IMG/VR virus record: IMGVR_UViG_3300044646_000633
Span: 1 to 59,347 of that record
From: a virus
Taxonomy: Duplodnaviria; Caudoviricetes
Direction: 5' to 3' (one strand)
DNA: 59,347 nucleotides
Under the pieces are notes generated by a model, which searched no databases, was not told where the DNA came from, and worked only from the letters and a program-made list of their open reading frames with translations. Made by a program: the position numbers and the translations under genes. Positions 56,301 through 59,347 of the stretch are shown one piece after another (the first letter of the stretch is position 1; each line of letters begins with the position of its first letter).

Positions 56301-59300
56301 TCACCGAGGGCGTGCTGGTGGAAGGCAAGACCGTGGCTCGCGTGCCTATCGTCGAGCGCACGATCCAGCGCATGAACGTGGGCATGCCAATCCTGTCCTC
56401 GACCGCAGAAGCCAAACGGGTCATGGGCGCGTGGTCCAACAACAAGCCCGGCCTGCTGTTCGTGTCGAACTCCAACCAAGTCACCGCCTGGGTGCCAGTC
56501 AAGCCCGACGACATGAAGGTGCTGCGCAAGGATGGGCGCTTTGAACGGCTGATGAACTCGGCAACGCAGGCTGGTGCGCGGGGCGTGTTGATCTCCAACC
56601 CGAATGGCGTGATGAACCTCGCCACACTCGACAACATCGCGTCCGCGCTACGCATGGCGGACGTTCGGGTGCTGGACGTGATTGACCCGTCGCAGCCAAG
56701 GACGCTCTCGGAGCAAGGCCTGGGAGCCAGGAACGATAGACCGGTGTTCTCCCGCACGGACATGCCCGCAAAGGGCATGACCCGGGACAACGCCCAGCGC
56801 ATCGCATCCGGCGCCGTGTCGGCCTGGAAGAACAAGCCACGGCTCGTGGTGGCGCGCAACATCCAGGACCCCGCGGTGCCGCAGGCGCTGCGCGACGAGG
56901 ACAAGCGCCAGCGCGCGGGCGGCGCGACGGGTGAGGTCAGGGGCACCTTCTACCAGGGCGCGATGTACCTTTTCAGCGACCACCTGGGCTCCGACCTGGA
57001 CGTGATCGAGACCGTCTTCCACGAGGGCCTGGGCCATTACGGTCTGCGCGGCCTGTTCGGCAACGCGCTCGATGCGGTGCTGGACATGATCAACCTTGCG
57101 CGGCCCGATCTGATGCGCCCGAAGGCAGCGGAGTACGGCGCGGATCTGCGCAACTCGGCGCACCGTCGCTACATTGCCGAGGAAGTGCTGGCCGGCATGG
57201 CGCAGAGCGAGCCCACGCTGGGCTTCGTGCGCAGGGCGATTGCCGCGGTGCGGACATGGCTGCGCACCAACGTGCCCGGCCTGGAGAAGCTGCGCCTGAC
57301 CGACGCCGAGATCATTCGCAACTTCATCTTGCCGGCCCGTCAGTTCGTGATGCGGGGCCAAGCCCAGGCGGGTGCCGGCCGCGACATGGCGGCGGCGTTC
57401 CAGCGGGCGCAGGCGACCGACTCGCAGGCTTTCAAGCGGTGGTTTGGGGCGTCGAAGGTGGTGGACGATCAGGGCCGCCCGATGGTCATGTACCACGGCA
57501 CCAGTCGGCCGGGCTTCACTGTGTTCGACAGGCTGAAAACGCTGGAGTGGCGCAGCCCCTCGATGGACACGGTGGGCTCTTGGTTCAGCAACAACCCAGC
57601 AGACGCCGATGGCGCTGGCCTGTACGCGGCCGGTGGCAATTCGGCTCTGTATCCCGTCTACCTGAGCATCCAGAACCCGAAGGTCTACCGCACCTTCAAC
57701 GACTTCTTGCGACACATGCACAAAGCGGCCGGTCGCCCCATGCCTGAAAACGCTCCAGGCCGAGGATCGACCGAGGAGCTGCGCGCGGAACTGAAAGCCG
57801 AGGGCTATGACGGCATCCAGTTCTGGCAGACCGCCAATGAATCGCTGATGGAAGACATCCGCGAAATGCAGGACGCAGTGAAGCGCGCCAAGGACGAGGA
57901 GTTTTCGGTTCCGCGAGCCCAGAGGCAGCCGTACACACAGAAGCGCGAGCGCCTGGAGCAGACTCTCAAGTCAATGCGCAAGGAGCTTGACGAGTTTGGC
58001 AGCAGCACGGAGTTCGATGGCCAGCGCGTGTTTGTCGCTTTCGAGCCCACCCAGATCAAGTCAGCCATCGGCAACAGTGGCGCCTTCGACCCGGCCAACG
58101 CGGACATCCGCTTCAGCCGCGTAAGCACGCCTGCCCGCAGTCCCCTCGGCTTCTTCAGCGCCCTGGCGCGCAGCTTGGGCGACATCAGCATGGGTGCTGC
58201 GCCGACCCAGGGCTGGAAGGAGGCTATCAAGGGCCTGGTGAACAAGGGCGCCGTCAAGGCCGATGAGGTCGAGTGGTCAGGCGTGAACGACTGGCTTGAC
58301 CTGCAGCAGGGCAAGGTAATGAAGGCCGACGTCCTGGCGTACCTGAATGCCAATGGCGTGCAGGTCGCGGAGACGGTGCTGGGCGGATCGCTGGACGACG
58401 CTCTGCGCGCGATGCGCCAAGAGCGCGACGACATCGAGGCGCGGCTGAACGCACTGGGCTTTGAAATGCGCGACGAATACGGCGAGGCTGTCCTTCACAA
58501 GCGCGTGAACGGCATGGACTTCGTGTGGGAAGACGGGCAGTTTGTGGACGAGGACGGAGAGCCGCTGGCCGACACCGACGCTGAGGCGCGCGACTTGGCC
58601 ATCCAGTACGGCATGAGGACCGACGAACTGGAGCGGGCGCGCGAAAACCCCGATGGGGAGGGCCGCACCAAGTACGGCCAATACACCCTCCCAGGCGGCA
58701 CCAACTACCGCGAGGTGCTGCTGACGTTGCCACCATCAAGCAAGCTGACGCCCATGAACCGCTGGGTGGTTGTTGATGAACGGGGCAACGTCGCTGCGTC
58801 ATTCAACAACCGTCAAAGCGCGGAGGACGCACGCGAGATTGCTGCGCCCGGTTATCGAGTAGAGGAAGTGTTCGACAAGCAGGACGTTTCCTACCGAAGC
58901 AACCACTGGGACCAACCCAACGTCATCGCCCATGTCCGCATGAACGACCGCACCGATGCCGATGGCAAGCGCGTGCTGTTCGTCGAGGAACTGCAGAGCG
59001 ACTGGGGGCAGGAGGGGAAGAAGAAGGGCGGATTCCAGCCGACTCCGGCGCGCCGCGCAGAGATCGACGCCATCATGGCGGAGGTTGACGCAGCCGGCGG
59101 CATCCACAAGATCGACCCGAATGGCGAACTGATGAAGCGCGCCCGTCAGGCGGGCGATGATCTAGTTCGATCCAACGTCCCAGCCGCCCCCTTCGTCACC
59201 AAGACCGAAGGTTGGTTGAACCTCGCCCTCAAGCGCATCATGGTCATGGCCGCAGAGGGCGGCTACGACAAGGTGGCGTTCGTCAACGGCGAGCAGTCTG

Positions 59301-59347
59301 CGGATCGGTATGACCTGAGCAAGCAGGTCAGCACGCTTCTTCACAGA
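47303..59347 (+). CDS. Giant DarB-like polyvalent protein, 5' part (continues through the circular junction to 3461; about 5,086 aa total)
   Basis: ATG 47303 (MPLVFPDQ...). The track lists no closed ORF in this frame and the frame matches ORF 30..3461. Motifs read manually: QNRDR (~48509, ddrB-ParB-like), EPTAG and VIANPPF (51062-51250, N6-MTase), GDQTGIGKGR (52355), DESHN (52802), QMLGRVHRTGQ (~54008, SF2), HNHPSG (56150, JAB), HEGLGH (57020, zincin), YHGT...GYDG...QIKSAIGN (57490-58080, ART), EELQSDW (~58985). Confidence 0.88.
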   Translation, partial: MPLVFPDQPASKAAAQTASDAAQVAAQGVMPQKTQQPTGRLVFPQERERTWGQAAADTGVQLAEGVNTILGAIPSLVAPDSSAAGFFRDNAEFWRKKQSAPLQVRSDLANVAIDKAGEDGVIAQVLEAASQYSDDPGLAARFVVTNLPSMIPSIGAAKLAQVATAARTAAAVKAGTMSQAAATAAGAAAATTAGGVTNAALNAGGARGESFEDIKRTLLQRGYSEEEATQRALDDSRLPAAVGGVTGFISGRTGLESALFGVGGTGNVVRRGVGKTLAELGGEQLEEVAPKVATNLQAGQYDNRPLTQDVGRTIVETAIGSGPQSVVAGVSEALRGDPAAPTGTPALAGQPPAPAPAPVQAPPAPPVAPAGTIVPPAGGPGAPGAAVPPLVDPANIPPELDAQNRDRTRPASVLQMQSIAQSPDYLRLGPSRSPDTGAPMVFAQGDDTSVIPDVARGRQDIAVMSDGQRVPFTYAVVDASLLQPSNFADGTPNPLFGDETPGLIKALNNGRSAGLRAAWAQGTASGYGTDLEADADQHGVSPEAIRSTRNPVLVRLYSQADNKPNMAARSQGQGLGMSPGELARQDAPLIDGGLLAVWQGGDVADTRNLDFVRGFVGRLQGTGQDLAGMMTQAGTLSPDGRKRIQAALAQAAYGDADLIGEMFDSTDTDIKAIGEALKLAAPEWADMRDSARSGAIDSAADITPALLDAVAMVRRARQQRQSLSDLARQTDITTGQAPDPMVLGALRLLYGGEYLTRPMGRDRMADLLREYTRMAKGITADAGLFGDAPTPSDVLTALTKEDTDGQQQQPGAGQPAQQPSASSQQPTGSGDPRGDAGAGGSTAVRPGDSQSGAQPAAGGAGPLANDNPAGQAPAPGVAPAAPAPGTRSNVAAPKPAPAPAPAPASPPPPAQPEVNAAPAAPARGGDPAVSPNTVFTEDAAAAARARLKAKLGRLNAGIDPETMLDGITLAGYHIERGARTFAAYARAMVDDLGDAVKPYLVSWYLAVRNDPRAADFKADMDKAGAVEDADLDALLADKGKAEAPGSLPAGWTEARPGGMATNPDPKKGGIVDVAPATGGWFAIPNDRALTKTKLEGFKSRADAFSALERAVAQASSQQDAPSLNTPSGRAVLAQTIADRFIGGDGFKTIIEARKFIADATGEKIEAGTQAAKLADEAIEMAVVLAGREIVQAARAQGRDDGVIYDRLVNLYGLQPTLGVRTSTSVREQAYSTPVPLAFLASRLARVAPDSTVGEPTAGNTMLLIEVDPDRATVNELNADRAANARALGFTVTTHDAARHQLAPEKSLDRVIANPPFGAVKDDNRETVVFPVAANYGTREIDHAIAFKALDAMKDDGSAVLILGGVDASNDEAIREGYRGKSKREFYFRLYGLYNVVDHFTVDGGLYSKQGAGYPVDVVVIRGRGKAARAMPAAELPKRYDTWEALKKEKLDGSTEAGADGMVPTGGSTGTGRGDGAQGQQPGTGGLVDGPGGQGAGDGRRGAGPGRGGNVGGEGAGPPGAAGQSGRRGGTGTAQPGASQRPDAGRDGAAQAPVPGQSNRRGGGNAQGDGGNRPGDVGGTGGGQDQRVGSGLSDRRGQEQETETQVAYAPQSGAASVGTLVPRAMRDSIAASLKRVADSVGNIDEFVAQKLGFDPETLRANFSAEQVDALALAIVSAEAGKGFIIGDQTGIGKGRVVAAMLRYAMRNDKVPVFVTEKPNLYADMIRDLDDIGMGDELRLQSSKPLILVTNSSEPIPYVLQRKIGEDVVETEHSLRAPGAGADLEKFFDKIAGDGDIGPYKVVFTTYSQLQTVKGKMTARMRMVQSLADGGYMVFDESHNAGGTQITQPRTKTDRDAAKAGETTTGRSGFVRQLVRASSGSFFSSATYAKRPDVMDLYSSTNMMLAVDKPADLAPAIILGGVPMQQIVATMLAEDGQYIRRERTFAGVTYETRPMTVDRRTAENMAQSMRMILAFSRAKDAAVKSMKREFDREGAVLGVMGGEKTSVQGANFGAIMHNLIDQMLLSLKAQQSVDFAIERLKAGEKVVLTVANTMGSFLSDYAEDFGIRPGEPVTLSFADLYQRYLEKQRMVRIKRPGGPKEGTPYRLTDKDLGPGLVAQFNAVGEFIRGAGFGAAPISPIDYMHQRLRDAGYKTDEITGRTMTVSYGSKVPTLASRRANIKQRLAAIRGFNGGTVDAIILNQSGATGLSLHASAKVKDQRKRRMIIVQAEKNIDTHMQMLGRVHRTGQVITPDYTQAMADIPAEARPASVLLKKMASLNANTTASRKSAVTAEGVVDFMNDYGGQVAAEFLLENPEVHMDLGGNKVIEIPDDATQADEDLIRKLTGYIPILPIDQQEAVYRDLVDRYNELLARENAMGSNKLEAAALDLGAKTEKREQVTAKRESPVPSRFAEPAFMEQVDVARTVKPLTRAEVDEAVAQALAGKTPDAVAEAMVQTIQQQARDYADRVQALRVKQGADTDADERDRMLSEIQTIQAQKDILLDHIRGLQIGQAVTVLDQNQAATYGVITSVVGTGKTKNPVAGSGWRFKIALANGEARSITLSASQINKQFTIRPERGQVLTLDPRTNDVASMSISDLFDAYGTGNIRREKRWMVTGNLLAGFASFSGQIITYTKDDGSTAQGVLMRRGFDYEERKGDAKATLQSADMIRRFFTEAGRNAMIGTPDGVLRVKWMGGSYPAEFEVSSSKRAGGTFFLDRGLTDALGRDFTKSGQVMRVAVTEDDMMSALVYLMTERDDVSLEAKTNKDIARRLLGLPDTTDAQQNRVAREEGAVYRVREQGDEARDIPADLFPDTLESLEPTAADPRVHRKRRSPGGVPVAAADEKPTAVLAVREDPAMPGVYHHSSQLVQVGIRDLPVSKVTNWMEASSALASLGKFAVEHFDALVTDASGRPLAVIGAFKGAEAQASVYPGVVLAEALRIEGAARVWGVHNHPSGNQELSVADRRLSESMRITFEPSSVQWMGIAAIGEGRFQAYDGKAVTEGVLVEGKTVARVPIVERTIQRMNVGMPILSSTAEAKRVMGAWSNNKPGLLFVSNSNQVTAWVPVKPDDMKVLRKDGRFERLMNSATQAGARGVLISNPNGVMNLATLDNIASALRMADVRVLDVIDPSQPRTLSEQGLGARNDRPVFSRTDMPAKGMTRDNAQRIASGAVSAWKNKPRLVVARNIQDPAVPQALRDEDKRQRAGGATGEVRGTFYQGAMYLFSDHLGSDLDVIETVFHEGLGHYGLRGLFGNALDAVLDMINLARPDLMRPKAAEYGADLRNSAHRRYIAEEVLAGMAQSEPTLGFVRRAIAAVRTWLRTNVPGLEKLRLTDAEIIRNFILPARQFVMRGQAQAGAGRDMAAAFQRAQATDSQAFKRWFGASKVVDDQGRPMVMYHGTSRPGFTVFDRLKTLEWRSPSMDTVGSWFSNNPADADGAGLYAAGGNSALYPVYLSIQNPKVYRTFNDFLRHMHKAAGRPMPENAPGRGSTEELRAELKAEGYDGIQFWQTANESLMEDIREMQDAVKRAKDEEFSVPRAQRQPYTQKRERLEQTLKSMRKELDEFGSSTEFDGQRVFVAFEPTQIKSAIGNSGAFDPANADIRFSRVSTPARSPLGFFSALARSLGDISMGAAPTQGWKEAIKGLVNKGAVKADEVEWSGVNDWLDLQQGKVMKADVLAYLNANGVQVAETVLGGSLDDALRAMRQERDDIEARLNALGFEMRDEYGEAVLHKRVNGMDFVWEDGQFVDEDGEPLADTDAEARDLAIQYGMRTDELERARENPDGEGRTKYGQYTLPGGTNYREVLLTLPPSSKLTPMNRWVVVDERGNVAASFNNRQSAEDAREIAAPGYRVEEVFDKQDVSYRSNHWDQPNVIAHVRMNDRTDADGKRVLFVEELQSDWGQEGKKKGGFQPTPARRAEIDAIMAEVDAAGGIHKIDPNGELMKRARQAGDDLVRSNVPAAPFVTKTEGWLNLALKRIMVMAAEGGYDKVAFVNGEQSADRYDLSKQVSTLLHR
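49713..49934 (+). CDS. Putative overprinted small gene (73 aa) in the +1 frame of the giant gene
   Basis: AAGGAGG at 49700-49706, 6 nt before ATG; G/C-ending codons in this frame; main frame here is a low-complexity G/Q/P/A linker. Confidence 0.55.
   Translation: MDSSNSLAQASQPSNPAQAASNPLAAAILGAMLVREGQRQFDPATAKAGHNLLRVAQDHWPTTIPQGKRLPQV
51654..52064 (+). CDS. Putative overprinted gene (136 aa, acidic, helical) in the +1 frame of the giant gene
   Basis: AAGGAG at 51641-51646 upstream of ATG 51654; strongly G/C-ending codons; globular-looking sequence (WWMALADRVQAMVDEE...DLETWVELAAARING); main frame is a Gly/Arg linker between MTase and helicase. Confidence 0.7.
   Translation: MDQPKQAPMAWCPPGVAPELAGVMVPKGSSLEPGDWWMALADRVQAMVDEEPDPDEAATWAAKALGRPGLRDSQDAGEVLVQRNLELRNALTLDVTGQPKHPFPAKVIAEAAATRKAMEETDLETWVELAAARING
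59103..59347. repeat. Terminal overlap, copy 2
   Basis: Matches 1-245 with one mismatch. Confidence 0.95.

Overview
The window is one apparently complete, circular, GC-rich temperate phage genome. Bases 1-245 repeat 59103-59347 with one mismatch, giving a unit length of about 59,102 bp. Gene content suggests a podovirus-like phage reminiscent of Bcep22/DC1 (inference): N4-gp56-type capsid, portal, intein-containing TerL, several tail fibres, lysis cassette with embedded spanins, tyrosine integrase with attP matching the 3' half of tRNA-Asn(GTT), cI/cro switch with palindromic operators, RecT/YqaJ, and an O/P-like replication module. The largest gene is missing from the ORF track because it crosses the window end: 47303 -> 59102/1 -> 3461, about 5,086 codons. 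It encodes a DarB-like polyvalent protein (ParB-like, N6-adenine MTase, Strawberry-notch-like SF2 helicase, JAB, zincin, ADP-ribosyltransferase and other domains). Most notable observations: (1) two small genes with strong SD sites appear overprinted in the +1 frame inside linkers of the giant gene; (2) a protein fusing a copy of the integrase N-terminal domain to an HNH-like nuclease faces attP; (3) a CGTGGCAAGCGTGGCA motif heads several late-gene modules in a genome where terS/terL and xis/int are separated; (4) a GIY-YIG endonuclease seems to have replaced the 3' end of its target gene; (5) a three-TM domain is fused to the endolysin; (6) a fatty acid desaturase and a candidate structured RNA are present. 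All family assignments come from motif recognition by eye; no searches were run.
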